Positions 40,249 through 51,751 of a stretch of 64,000 nt of DNA are shown one piece after another. A program made the translations under genes and the position numbers. The notes under the pieces are model-generated. The model saw only the letters and a list, made by a program, of their open reading frames with translations. It was not told the origin of the DNA and searched no databases. The stretch lies in NCBI GenBank assembly GCA_964016885.1, contig OZ024743.1, forward strand, positions 182,280,001 to 182,344,000, read 5' to 3'. The stretch is from Eledone cirrhosa. Taxonomy: Eukaryota. Each line of letters begins with the position of its first letter. Position 1 is the first letter of the stretch.

Positions 40249-40976
40249 GAAACACACAGATACATGCGGACACACACATATACATGAATGCATCCACATC
40301 CAACCGTGAGTAAATGGTGCCAACCTTACCGACGTTGCTCAATGAATAACTGGGACAGACCAATCCGGTTGAACTAGACTGAACCAGTATCAGAGTTAAA
40401 AATACATTATGAAGAGAGAAGGAACATTTAGATATAATTAGTAATAAAATGTATCATACCTAAACTGCTCCTAGATTCCTCGACTACGTAGTTTCGTGGC
40501 ATAAACAAAAACAGTACATCATAAAGATATAGAGCCCTTGCGAGGTCTGCCGACTTATCAAGAGGATACCTCATTTTACTAGCTTCAAGAACGCGTCTAC
40601 ATGACGTGAGAAAGAATCCCAAAAGGCGGAGATAGTCACGCGATATAACGGTCGAGAAACAGAGCTAAGCCTCTTATAACCCCGAAGAAAATACCACGGA
40701 GGCGGAGGGGGCATTTATATCGAAGCCGTAGAAGAGGTGGTAAAGGAGGCGAGAAGTATGAGTAATGGCAGCTTTCCAGCAGTCACCACACCTCAAAGAT
40801 TACTCGACCAGAGGGAGTTATGAACAATATATTTAGAAACACACAGATACATGCGGACACACACATATACATGAATGCATCCACATCCAACCGTGAGTAA
40901 ATGGTGCCAACCTTACCGATGTTGCTCAATGAATAACTGGGACAGACCAATCCGGTTGAACTAGACTGAACCAGTA
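40244..40976 (-). mobile_element. 587-bp unit with 146-bp terminal redundancy (retrozyme or Penelope pLTR-like), embedded in (TA)n
   Basis: 40244-40389 is repeated at 40831-40976 with 1 mismatch seen. Contains the hammerhead motif; no recognisable protein. Confidence 0.8.
40477..40566 (-). ncRNA. Type I hammerhead ribozyme, U3:A8 core variant
   Basis: Minus strand reads TCCTC-TTGATAA-GTcGGCA-(~46 nt)-TGCCAC-GAAAC TACGTA GTC-GAGGA. All three stems pair; GUC cleavage triplet. Confidence 0.8.
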
Positions 40977-40985
40977 ATATATATG

Positions 40986-41340
<355 letters not shown>

Positions 41341-41363
41341 ATATATATATATATATATTATTA

Positions 41364-41446
41364 TAATAATTGTTTCTACTTTTGACACAAGGCCAGCAAT
41401 TATCACAGTGTATTACTGGTACTTTATTTTATCGACCCCGTAAGGA
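41364..41446 (-). mobile_element. SINE 3' fragment of the 32800 family
   Basis: Near-identical reverse complement of 32906-32988. Confidence 0.85.
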
Positions 41447-41472
41447 TATTATTATAATAATATTAATAATAA

Positions 41473-41745
41473 TATTAATACCAGGACGATTTGTTATGTC
41501 TTTGTTACGTTTATTGATTGGTGACATGCATTTCGCTATTGATCAGCTCAAGGTTTGATTTTTATCGATCTGGCCCGACTCTGGAATCAAAATCTTGTTG
41601 GACCTCTGGTGTGGTATTGACACAATGTCATTGATTCCAGAATCGGGGCAGATCGATACAGAGCAAACCTTGAGCTGATCAATAGGGAAACGTGCATCAC
41701 CAATCAATATATGTAATGAAGACAAAACAAATCGTCTTTTTATTA

Positions 41746-41748
<3 letters not shown>
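41473..41748. mobile_element. Foldback MITE with ~105-bp imperfect terminal inverted repeats
   Basis: GACGATTTGTT...CTGGAATCAA and TTGATTCCAG...AACAAATCGTC around a ~40-bp spacer; TATTAATA at both outer ends. Confidence 0.85.
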
Positions 41749-41782
<34 letters not shown>

Positions 41783-42010
41783 TTAATCCTTTAATGTTCA
41801 AAACGGTCAAAAGCGGCCAGAATTCTCTACCTTTTTCTGTTGAAACTGGCTGTAACTGGTCACTGAAACTGATGTTAAAGTATTGTTCTCAAAATAAATA
41901 CTTTCAAAATCTCATAGATTCGATCTTATGTGAGATAATTATGTGAGGTAAAGCCTTTACCATGAAAATATAATAGTATATATAGAGTAATATGAATGCT
42001 AAAGGGTTAA
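41783..42010. mobile_element. piggyBac-type MITE
   Basis: TTAA-TCCTTTAATGTTCA ... TGAATGCTAAAGGG-TTAA. Confidence 0.65.
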
Positions 42011-42360
42011 AGGGTAAAGATCCTCTTCAGTCACGAATGACCATGGGATTTGCACCTAGAAAGTTCCCCTCCGAGGCACAAATCTGGGCAAGGTTGTTTA
42101 TGGAAGACCAGCAGTTGCCCATACATACCAGTTTTCCCTCTCTTCATGCCACTGATGATGTCTGTCCAAGAGAAAGACAACGGCCGATACAGCTTGGCAC
42201 CTGTGATGTAGCAACTCATTTTTGCAACCTGAGTGGACTGGAGCAATGTGAAATAAACTGTCTTGCTTAAGAACTCAATGTGAAGCCTAGTCCGAGAATT
42301 GAACTGACAACCTAATGATTGTAAGCCTGACACTCTAACCACTAAGCCATGCACCTTCAT
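42011..42360 (-). mobile_element. tRNA-derived SINE with the 39541-family head and centre but a different 3' tail
   Basis: Minus-strand head TGGCTTAGTGGTTAGAG...GTTCAATTCTC at 42295-42355; tail ...GGTCATTCGTGACTGAAGAGGATCTTTACC. Confidence 0.8.
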
Positions 42361-42809
42361 ATATATATTAGTGGTTAGTGATAGGAAAGGACACTGTAAT
42401 TTTGTCACAGTAAGGGCATTTCCACCCATCCATGTTGGCATGGGGGTCTTTGTATATTGGGTTGGTCTAGGAGAGGGGGATGAACGTAGGGAGGGGGCTG
42501 TTATTCCATGTCAGAAGGAGTTTGGATGAGAGGAGGGGGAGGGCTTTCTTTTCATGCTGGTGGGAGTTGTTGAATGTGCAAAGTAGGGAAGAGATGGAGG
42601 AAGTGAGTGGTGGAGGTCTAATGTTGGGTATTTAGATTATGAAGGGGGGTAATAGGGACGTTGGTGCAGGTTATCCTCTCCATGTTTGTTGCAAGCTGGG
42701 GACATGAGTCTCTCTCTCTATATAGATAAATATATACACACACACACACACATATATATATACACGCACACACACACATATATATATTCACACTATACAC
42801 ACACACACA

Positions 42810-43005
42810 TATCATCATTCATCATCATCATCATCGTTTAACGTCCATTTTCCATGCTAGCATGGGTTAGACGAGATGTCCCATTAGAGGCAAGTTGGGT
42901 TGGGTGACCATATCTTGCTCATATAGAACCGTTTCTGGCTAGATTTCTATGGCTGGATGCCCTTCCTAACACCAACCACATTTACAGTGGGTGCTGTCTG
43001 CTTTT
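42810..43005 (-). mobile_element. SINE 3' half
   Basis: CATCATCATCGTTTAACGTCC ... CTGGATGCCCTTCCTAACACC on the plus strand. Confidence 0.85.
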
Positions 43006-43013
43006 TGTACTAT

Positions 43014-43067
<54 letters not shown>

Positions 43068-43121
43068 GTATATATATATATACACACACACATATATATA
43101 CACACACTATACGTACACACA

Positions 43122-43350
43122 CTTGTCAGCCACTCTCCAGCTATCTATTTAAAGCTGTATATAGCTATGGTGCGGTCACACTTAGAATTTGCATCACCAG
43201 TCTGGAACCCCTATCTTGCTCAGAACATTGACCTCCTGGAAACTGTTCGGAGACGTGCAACCAAGCAAATACCCTCCATCAGGCATCCACCATACTCTGA
43301 ATGCCTTGCTTCCCTGGGCATGGATACATTGAAGCTCTGATGTCTGGCAA
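43122..43350 (+). mobile_element. CR1 RT fragment of the 33458-36050 family
   Basis: LYIAMVRSHLEFASPVWNPYLAQNIDLLETVRRRATKQIP. Confidence 0.85.
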
Positions 43351-43407
43351 TAATTGCAAACAAATCGAATATTATTATTAATATTCGAAAAACTCAGATT
43401 TGCATTT

Positions 43408-43452
<45 letters not shown>

Positions 43453-44756
43453 GTACGAAAATAGACCTAGAAGAAATAGATCCCGTCGCATTTGTTGGTA
43501 TAACCCACCATATAATATGGAGGTGGCCACACCATTAGCTAAGATCTTTCTTTCCCTTATTACAAAGCATTTTCCCCCTACACATAAATATAGTAAAATT
43601 TTTAATAGAAATACTATTAAAATTTCTTACTCTACGACTCCTAACCTTGCACATGACATCACAGCTTCAAATTTAGCTAAACTACCTAGCCGTAGGAACA
43701 CGTGCAACCCTGTAGTTAGCACTAACTGTATTTGTAGGAATCGGGTTGATTGCCCCCTATCCGGGAAATGCCTCTCTAGTAACATTGTCTACAAATGTAC
43801 GGTTGAAACACCCACGTCCCGTAGGGCCTACATAGGGTTAACCGCCAATAGATTCAAGCAGCGTCTTTACATGCATACCCATTCTTTTCGTTACTCTCTA
43901 AGAAGGAATATGACGTCACTTTCAGCTTATATCTGGAGTCTAAAAGACAACCACACCCAATATAAGTTACACTGGGAGATCCTAGCTAGGGCTAGATCGT
44001 ATAACGGAAATAAAAGACCATGTGACCTCTGCGCCGCTGAGGCCCTGGAAATACTCTACGCCACAGACCACACCTTAAACAAAAAATCTAGGCAATTTCG
44101 GCTTGTAAACATAAATTGCACAAAACTTTCCTGTATTACAGCCCCACGTTATACCTTAACGGATAGCACGATCTATACGTGGATATTTTACGTCTTGATG
44201 TGGTAGCTAAGTATATGTTTTGTTTATACCATTACTTATTTGCATAGGTAAGTATATATTACCTGTATGTTTTGTGAAGGTACGTATACTTTCTCGTATG
44301 TATATTTGATTGTATATGTTATGGCGTATAATTTTTTATATATTCTGGTACATATGGTTTGGTTATGTGTATACGCAAGTTTTGCGTCTGTGTGAGTATG
44401 CAGGTTCGTACGTATGTAGGGTGTGCGTATATGTGTACTTCATGTTTTGGTTGACTTACGTCTCCGAACATTTGTGTATTTACATGTAGGTATGTGTGTG
44501 CGCTTGTTATATACGTATTTATTTATTTATATACGTTTATTTAATTATTTATTTATTTGTATACACACACACACACACATATTTATATGTGCGTGGTTTT
44601 GTATACCTATGGCAAGTGTTTTCGCGGTTGCTTGTGTATGTACGTATTTGCATGCGTGTATGTATTTATTTAATTTCTATTACCTCTGTATTGTATTTTA
44701 TTTACTTTATTCTTAACTCTGAAGTGGAGACTCATTCGGTTTCCTAGTTAGAATTT

Positions 44757-45025
44757 TAGTCTACGACTTCAGCTATACCATTTACGTGGTTTTGTCTTTG
44801 CGTGCAATTGTTCTCCACGCTCCACATATGACTTATTATCTTCGTTTTTTCGTTCATTGCCAGAGAACGTCTCTATGAACCACCTAAGAGAACATTAGTC
44901 TACGACTTCTTTTATACCATAAACGTGGTTCTGTCTTTGTGCGTAATTGTTTTTCACCGCTCCTATTAATGATGTATTATATTCGTTTTTTCCCGTTCTT
45001 TGCCAGGGAACGTTTCCACGAACCA
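44757..45025. repeat. Diverged 139-bp tandem duplication in the Penelope 3' region
   Basis: TAGTCTACGACTTC...TTGCCAG(A/G)GAACGT...GAACCA starts at 44757 and 44896. Confidence 0.85.
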
Positions 45026-45087
45026 AAGTATCGTCTTCCTGTCTTCCTCCGGTTGTAACGTTTTTTTAACTATCCACTTCTGCGTTT

Positions 45088-45163
45088 ACAGATTGACTTT
45101 GTTAGTTTCAGAAGATCCCGTTAAGGGTGAAAGCAGCGATTCTTTGCTTAAACTTTAATCTGT
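45088..45163 (+). ncRNA. Degenerate type I hammerhead ribozyme in the Penelope pLTR
   Basis: ACAGATTGA-bulge-AGTTT-CAGAAGA-tCCC gttaa GGGt-GAAAGCA-loop-TGCT-T-AAACT-TTAATCTGT. Core CAGAAGA differs from CUGANGA at U4. Confidence 0.65.
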
Positions 45164-45170
45164 TATTTTA

Positions 45171-45208
<38 letters not shown>

Positions 45209-45210
<2 letters not shown>

Positions 45211-45503
45211 TAGGGCGGGTAAATTTCCCGAGATCCATGGACGAGTTCTCTCCCACCGTCTCTGTCCCTCATTATCGCTGCCATGTCCTGCATCTCCAAC
45301 AGACCAGTGTCTGTCCTTAGGGCATCAACATATGTTAACCTTGGTCTTCCTCTTCCAGTGTGTCCATGTAGGGGCTCCCACAGGAACACTGAGTGCAATA
45401 TCAACTCTGGATGTCGGTGAGCATGCCCAGCTAACTTCAGTCTCCTCTGTGTCACTTTTGAGCTGACTTTTGGGAGGCTCCCATACAGCTGAGTTTTTCA
45501 TCC
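45209..45503 (-). mobile_element. RTE-clade LINE 3' end
   Basis: QLYGSLPKVSSKVTQRRLKLAGHAHRHPE...GRGRPRLTYVD. Confidence 0.85.
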
Positions 45504-45504
45504 T

Positions 45505-45816
45505 CAGTGTATACTGATCACTAATGTAGGCGGGAAGCCACTAGAATTGGTTGAGGACTTCCTGTATTTGGGAACAAAGATTGGGAATACGGAAGATGAC
45601 GTGGTTGAGAGGAAGAGCAAAGCCTGGGTGGTGTGCCACAGCTTGAGATCGGTGTGGAAGTCGGACCTTCGTAAAGACCTGAAAATCCGCCTCTTCATTG
45701 CTGTAGTGGAGTCTGTGCTGCTGTACGGGTCTGAGACTTGGACACTGACCAAGAAACTCACTTAAATCGTGGATGGGTGGTACACGAGAATGCTGAAGAT
45801 GGCTCTGAACATTAAT
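45505..45816 (+). mobile_element. RTE-clade RT segment, inverted relative to the adjacent 3' end
   Basis: VEDFLYLGTKI...KIRLFIAVVESVLLYGSETWTLTK...YTRMLKMALNI. Confidence 0.85.
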
Positions 45817-46000
45817 CAGTATATATATATATATATATATATGTTGATTTAAAACTGCACTATTCACAAGTGTTTTTTAACCTTCATATCATGTCTCCCT
45901 ATTTTATCTGACGAAAACGCAAATGTCATCGCATGATGATATTTGTTTTTGAAATGCGCATAATAAAATACATGGAACTCTTTTAACCATCTTTTGATCT

Positions 46001-46048
<48 letters not shown>

Positions 46049-46634
46049 TGCTCATAGATGGCCTCATTTCTCTCTGTGTCTAGACAAGTCATCTCTTGTT
46101 CTATTTCCTCTCTTTGTATAACTAGAATCCAAAGTATTTTTATTTATTTTTATTTTTCCCTTCTTGTCTAAACTGCATTTTTAACACTTCCTTTTCAGTT
46201 GTAGCAATTTTTTTTTTGGGCTTTATATGTGTAATTCATTGAAAAGCACAATTTGTTCTATGCTTCCCTGTTTTGTCCTTGTGTGCACTGGAATGAATAG
46301 TATCAACTTTAATGCATCAAAACTATAAGGATTTCCAGAGGTTGACTAAAGAGGAGGGACTAGGATATGGAGAATGAAGTGTTTGTAGTGAGAAGCAAAA
46401 TATTATAGTGAATATGAAATGACAAACCAAGGACCTAGACCTTACCACTCATCTTTTTTACTTCTATACAAGTCTATATATACAATAGATAAGTATTTGT
46501 TGTTTTTGTTGTGTCTCAGGTCAACCTTGATTCAGCAAACCTTATGATCAATCAGAAGTTTATCTAAGACTACATTATCAAATGTGTTTTTCCTTTTTCA
46601 AGGTAATTAGGAACGCTTTGAAAAAGATTTGGTT

Positions 46635-46968
46635 GCTGTTTTAACTGTTATTTTGTTTTAACTGGTATTCTGTTTTTACTGATATTCTAATTTAACTGGT
46701 ATTCTGTTAATCTGTTTTAACTGGTAATCTGTTTTAATTGTTAATCTGTTTTTACTGGTATTCTGTTTTAACTGGTATTCTGTCATTTCATTTCATTTCA
46801 TTTTACGTCTGCTTTTCCCTGCTTCAACTGTTATTCTGTTTCAACTGTTATTCTGTTTCAACTGTTATTCTGTTTTTACTGTTTTAACTGGTATTCAGTT
46901 TCAACTGGTATTCAGTTTCAGCTGGTATTCTCTTTTAACAGATATTCAGTTTTAACTGTTATTTTGTT
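46635..46968. repeat. ~17-bp minisatellite (TTTAACTGGTATTCTG-like) with a SINE tail inside (46785-46825)
   Basis: Direct inspection. Confidence 0.85.
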
Positions 46969-47789
46969 AGCTCCAAAAATGTATCACAATTGTTTAATAC
47001 TTTCGACAGTAACTCTGCCTCGGGTTCTATTTTAAGGGCCCATTTTAAGGGCTCCCATTTCAATTAAAATCTTTCACGAAAAACAAATTTAAAAAGGATG
47101 ATGATGACGAAAAAGGATTAACCATTAGTTAAGTAATTTTAGAAATACCATCTTAATGAAATAATTAATAACTGTAGTAAATCTCTCCAAACTTTTAATT
47201 AATCCATTGAAATACAATGGATTTCATTAGAAATGAAAGGGTTAATATATTAGAAATTGAAATAAGCAGCCCTTCCTGGTAACATATTGGTTATAGATGA
47301 AAGAATAACTGATAGTTTGTCCGTCTCTAATCTGTATTTCAAGAAAGTTTTCATTGAAAATTACCATTACACATTAAAGGAACCCTATTTAACTTGTTCC
47401 TTTCAAAATATTGAAGATTCTCAACAATGGGCTCCACCAGATTTACTACTATACCCTAGAAACATCCCTATGGTGTCCCTGAGTTCATTAGGAGTTATGG
47501 GTTAAAAAAAGAAGAATTGATTTATTGGTCTATAGAACATCACAACCCTGACATTGTTTGATTGGTCTACCAGTGACCTCCTGACCTTCACCCGGTCTGT
47601 ACTCTGCTCAAATCTATTCATAAGTCACCTATTGTCATCTGTTGTAATGTCCATTTTCTTTAGAATAAAAGATGTTAAAAGGTATTTAAATGATGTCCAA
47701 CATAATTTTAAAAATTTATTTAGACTATCTAAATACAAAACGTAATAAAGAAAATAATAGGAAAATGTATTCTACGAAAATTATAAAAC

Positions 47790-48400
47790 ATTTACATAAC
47801 TTCAGTATATACAAGGTTTTTAACTTTATTCTTTGAAGCATATATGAAGAGTTTGTAGAGTCTTCCTAGTCTGGAATAACCTACATACAATTGACCATGT
47901 GAAAAACATCCCTCTTCTAGATGGAGACTGACAACCTGCAGTGTTTGACCTTGGAATTTGTTAATGCACATTTTGGAACTGACTCTCACTGGGAATTGCA
48001 ATTGTTCGAAATGAAAGAGGACATCTGTTGGTTTAGCAGTATTCTAGGTATAAAAAGGATGTTCCCCATACCACACCCAGTAAATAGTTTGGCTTCGATA
48101 ATGTGAGGATGTAGTTCAGTCACAACCATTTATGTCCCATTGCACAATCTTGGCTGATCCATGTTTCTGAGAAGCATGGTGTCTGTGCTTTTCTTTAATT
48201 CAAGGTTGTGTGGCAGCATACTGGACAGTTCCAGACTGTTGAGAATTCCAATGGGATAATGGATAGCATCATCCTTGTCGATAATTTTGTCGATAGATTT
48301 ATAAGTCTGGCTACTTCCAGGGATCATTTGTGAAAGATTTTGTTGATGGCATTCACTGTGATGTTTTTGGGGGCAAAGATTACTCTTTCACACATTGGAA
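47790..48400 (-). mobile_element. Helitron PIF1-type helicase C-terminal fragment (degraded)
   Basis: IFAPKNITV, LNSLELSSMLPHNLELKK...MLLRNMDQPRLCNGT and QFPVRVSSKMCINKFQGQTL...FSHGQLYVGYSRLG. Confidence 0.85.
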
Positions 48401-48889
48401 TAGTGGATTTGGAAATTAGAGAACACTTAATTAATTAAGCTTACAACACTTTCCAAGTCTTAGTTAGTAAGAGAGAAGAGGCGGTGGTTTAAGTGAGAGG
48501 TGTAGTAGTGTTTCAGTCTCTCTATATTGATAGCACAAGGGACAAACAGACAGTGTCTATATGTTAGAAACAGCAGCAAATTCTCCTCCCAACCATTCCA
48601 TTTTTGGAAAATAAGTCAACAGCAAGCTTGTTGGAAGTCAGATTAGTTGAAGCCACATGAAAAACCTTAATTAATATCAATTTTATTTCATGTTATTAGT
48701 GGTCAACATACAAACAAACGTACAAACAAACAAACTTCCTTTTTATAAGTATTATAGATAGAACCACAACACTGCCATTGTTTAATTGGTCTATAGAGAA
48801 ATAAATAACATTAATCCAATGTAAGGACCTGAAAAACATCCAATCCAGTTCTTCATCCGCTATTACAAATGATTCTAAGTGCTGAGCAG

Positions 48890-49285
48890 GATCCGTCCAA
48901 CCCATGCAAGCATGGAAAGTGAATGTAAAAACAATGATGATGATGGTGAAGGTGATGATGATGATGAATTAGATTATTTCTAATATCTTGTGAAAGATCT
49001 AGAAGTAATTTTCAGACTTTCATCATCATCATTGTCGTTTAATGTCCATTTTCCATGTTAGCACGGGTTTGACATGTTGCCCCATTGTGAAACAAGTCAG
49101 GTCAGAGGACCGTGTCTTGCTCATAGAAAACTGATTTTGGCTTGGTTTCTACAGCTTGATGCTCTTCCTAACATCAACTACATTTACAGTGTGGACTGGG
49201 TGCTTTTTGTTGTGACATCTACACGATCACTTTACAGTGTGGGCTGGGCGATTATTGTTGTGGCTCCAGATGACACTTTGTAGTG
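48890..49285. mobile_element. Two SINE 3' fragments, tail-to-tail (+ 48890-48966; - 49020-49285)
   Basis: CCCATGCAAGCATGGAAAGTGAATGTAAAAACAATGATG and CATCATCATTGTCGTTTAATGTCC...CTTGATGCTCTTCCTAAC. Confidence 0.7.
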
Positions 49286-49371
49286 TGGATTGAGGATTTA
49301 GGTGGGAGGGGTGCATGGGGAATTGGGGAGGTAGATATAGGGGTGGGGTGATTACTATGTAGGAGGTGTAC

Positions 49372-49540
49372 AGGAGGGGTGATGAGAGGGAAGGTGGTGC
49401 ATACTAAGTGTATAGAAGGGGTGATGGGAGGGAAGGTGGTGCATGCTAGGTGTATAGAAGGGGTGATGGGAGGGAAGGTGGTGCACACTAGGTGTATGGG
49501 AGGGGTGATTGGAGGGAAGTTGGTGCATACTAGATGTATA
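49372..49540. repeat. G-rich 42-bp minisatellite, 4 copies
   Basis: AGGGGTGATGGGAGGGAAGGTGGTGCATRCTAGGTGTATAGA units. Confidence 0.9.
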
Positions 49541-49944
49541 CCTCAGCTCCTGTATATGGGAGTTCCATATTTAATACTAAAGTCTATCAAAATAAACAAG
49601 AGGGGTCATTAAAATTTCAGCTGGGACAATGCAATAGGATTTCCAATGCTTTACTTATTCCCTCAATATCTTTGTCAAAAAAACAAAACAGGATATGTGT
49701 ACTTAGAGATTAAGACTATCCCCTTGGACAAAAACAATTTTTGTAAATGGAACAAACCTCTGTTGGTTTCTGTGATGAGTGTTTCAGTTGTTTGATCAAC
49801 AGAACAGCCTCTTCATGAAATTAACGCGTAAGTGGCTTAGTAGTCTACAAACATATATATCTTTAATGTAATTCTCAGAAAGATTCAGTGTGACAAAGTG
49901 TATGACAAGGCTGGGCCTTTGAATTAAAACTACAGTCCATCTGA

Positions 49945-50102
49945 TGGGCTTCCAAACAGTTTCTGTCTATCCAATTTCATTTACAAGCCATGGGTCAACC
50001 TGAAGCTATAGTAAAAGACACTTGACCAAGATGTCATACAGTGGGTTTGAACCTGGGACCTGATGGTTGTGAAGTGAACCTCTTGACCATTTGGCCATGC
50101 TG
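49945..50102 (-). mobile_element. Degenerate tRNA-derived SINE
   Basis: Minus strand GCATGGCCAAATGGTCAAGAGG...GGTTCAAACCCACTG...CTTGGTCAAGTGTCTT. Confidence 0.7.
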
Positions 50103-50479
50103 TGTCCATAAATAAAAAAGCTACAATACAATATATTACATCTATTATAGATTGTGTCCATCATGTCCCATCTCTTCACAACAATTCACAATAAGGTACG
50201 GTATAACTATAGTTTAGTCCCTCCATCTCCAATTAATTTTGTTTCCTCAGAACTTTCTTAATAATACCTATTTTTAAATAAACATTTATAGAGATACTTT
50301 TTTTTATTATGGTGATAGTAAAAACTATATGATTAATTTAATTTTCTTCTGTGAAAGTTTATTATGATTATCTGGGAATGTAGAAGAGAAGATAAACTTT
50401 CATTATTGTATAATTCTGTTAATTTTATGGAATATTTTTGATTTGTATTTGTAGTAGCTTAAGCATTAACTGACGGGAA

Positions 50480-50620
50480 GTTGGCAGAGTCATTAGAATG
50501 TTGGATAGAATGTTTTGTGGTATTAGTTTCATCTCTCTGAGTTTAAATTCCACTGAGGTCAACTTTGTCTTCCATCCATTTGAGGTTGATTTAAAAAATG
50601 TACCAGTCTAGTCCTGAGGT
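50480..50620 (+). mobile_element. Degenerate SINE of the 32800 family
   Basis: TGGCAGAG...GAGTTTAAATTCCACTGAGGTCAACTTTGTCTTCCATCC...GTACCAG. Confidence 0.65.
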
Positions 50621-50929
50621 TGATTCTTCCTCTACATCTCTTTCTCACTTCCTCCCTCTCACTCTCTATTCTTCTCTGGAAGAAATCTGCTGAATTCAGA
50701 CCAGGAGAGGAGATGGGCTCTGCCAGGCTTTAAAAAGAAACCCCAGAAATGACTCCTTCAGCAGTTATGGGACCAAGCATGCAAGCAAACATAAACTAGG
50801 AAATTTTTCTCATGTCTTCCAGTTTCATATTGATAATAAATAATATGAAGATAATATCATAGACTTTCTCTAGGAATGTAATACCATTTCTACAGCTATG
50901 AGTTGCTTTAATTTCAATGTCTGTCTCGA

Positions 50930-51190
50930 GCCCAGAGGCTCATCAGATTGGTGCTTATTCTGGTTTCTGTGGCTTTAAGTGACAGAGCACACAACCCTCT
51001 CCTGGACAGGACACCAGTCTGTTGCAGAATTAAACCCTCAGCTATTGCTGGTAGACATTTTTAGCTGAGTATACTGGAACAACATGAAATGATGTGTTTT
51101 GCTTAAGAACACAACACACAGCCCAGTCCAAGAATTGAATCTATGACATTATGATCATAAGTCCAACACACTTACTATAAAGCCAATGAC
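50930..51190 (-). mobile_element. Degenerate tRNA-derived SINE
   Basis: AGCTGAGTATACTGGAACAACATGAAAT...TGCTTAAGAACACAAC...GAATTGAA resembles 39293-39370. Confidence 0.65.
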
Positions 51191-51444
51191 ATAATTGTAA
51201 AGTAAACTTTCAAAAATGTATCTATGTAAGTAATAATACACTGAAGTACATTAAATTTAAACATCTTATACCACATAAAACCACATTTGTAACTCATTCT
51301 TGAAGTGTATAAAACTGTTTTAAACTTTTCAAGAATTACTTGATTTAGTTTATTGCAAGTTTTTATAGGGAACTCTCTACTAATAAAGATACTATAAACA
51401 TTTCAATTAACAATCTTGTTTTTATTGTTTCAACTTGATCCTCC

Positions 51445-51670
51445 CCATCAGGAGTTAGGTGTAAAAGGCAAACGCATTATCTTCAATTTGGTATTCATGT
51501 CAACTCTTACCTATGGTCATGAATTTAGGGTAATGACCGAAAGAATACAATTGTGAATACAAATAACTGAAATAGGCTTCCTCCAAAGGGTCTTTGGAGT
51601 AATGTTACTCGATAGAGTGTGTAGCTTGAAGATCAGGGAATTAATCCAGGTAGAGCCACTACTTCTCTGA
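51445..51670 (+). mobile_element. Degraded RTE RT fragment
   Basis: STLTYGHEFRVMTERIQL*IQITEIGFLQRVFGV...IRE, resembling the RTE 'LTYG.E.W..T' block. Confidence 0.6.
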
Positions 51671-51751
51671 TACTATGCTCCCTTCAATTCATCTATTGTC
51701 AGGTCTTTAAACTTGGTAGACTTTATATGTATGTATGTATGTATGTATGTG

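Larger units (their letters stand above)
43448..45176 (+). mobile_element. 5'-truncated Penelope-like element (Neptune-type): GIY-YIG endonuclease and 3' pLTR
   Basis: ORF 43400-44206: WYNPPY, KIFNRNTIKISYS, CICRNRVDCPLSGKC, NIVYKC...AYIGLT..RFKQR, CDLCAAE. Non-coding tail with a hammerhead motif and AATAAA at ~45170; (TA)n on both sides. Confidence 0.88.

Noticed and set aside
42150-42185. CTGATGA...GAAA hammerhead-like match
   Set aside because: Stems I and III do not form and it lies antisense inside a SINE; chance match.
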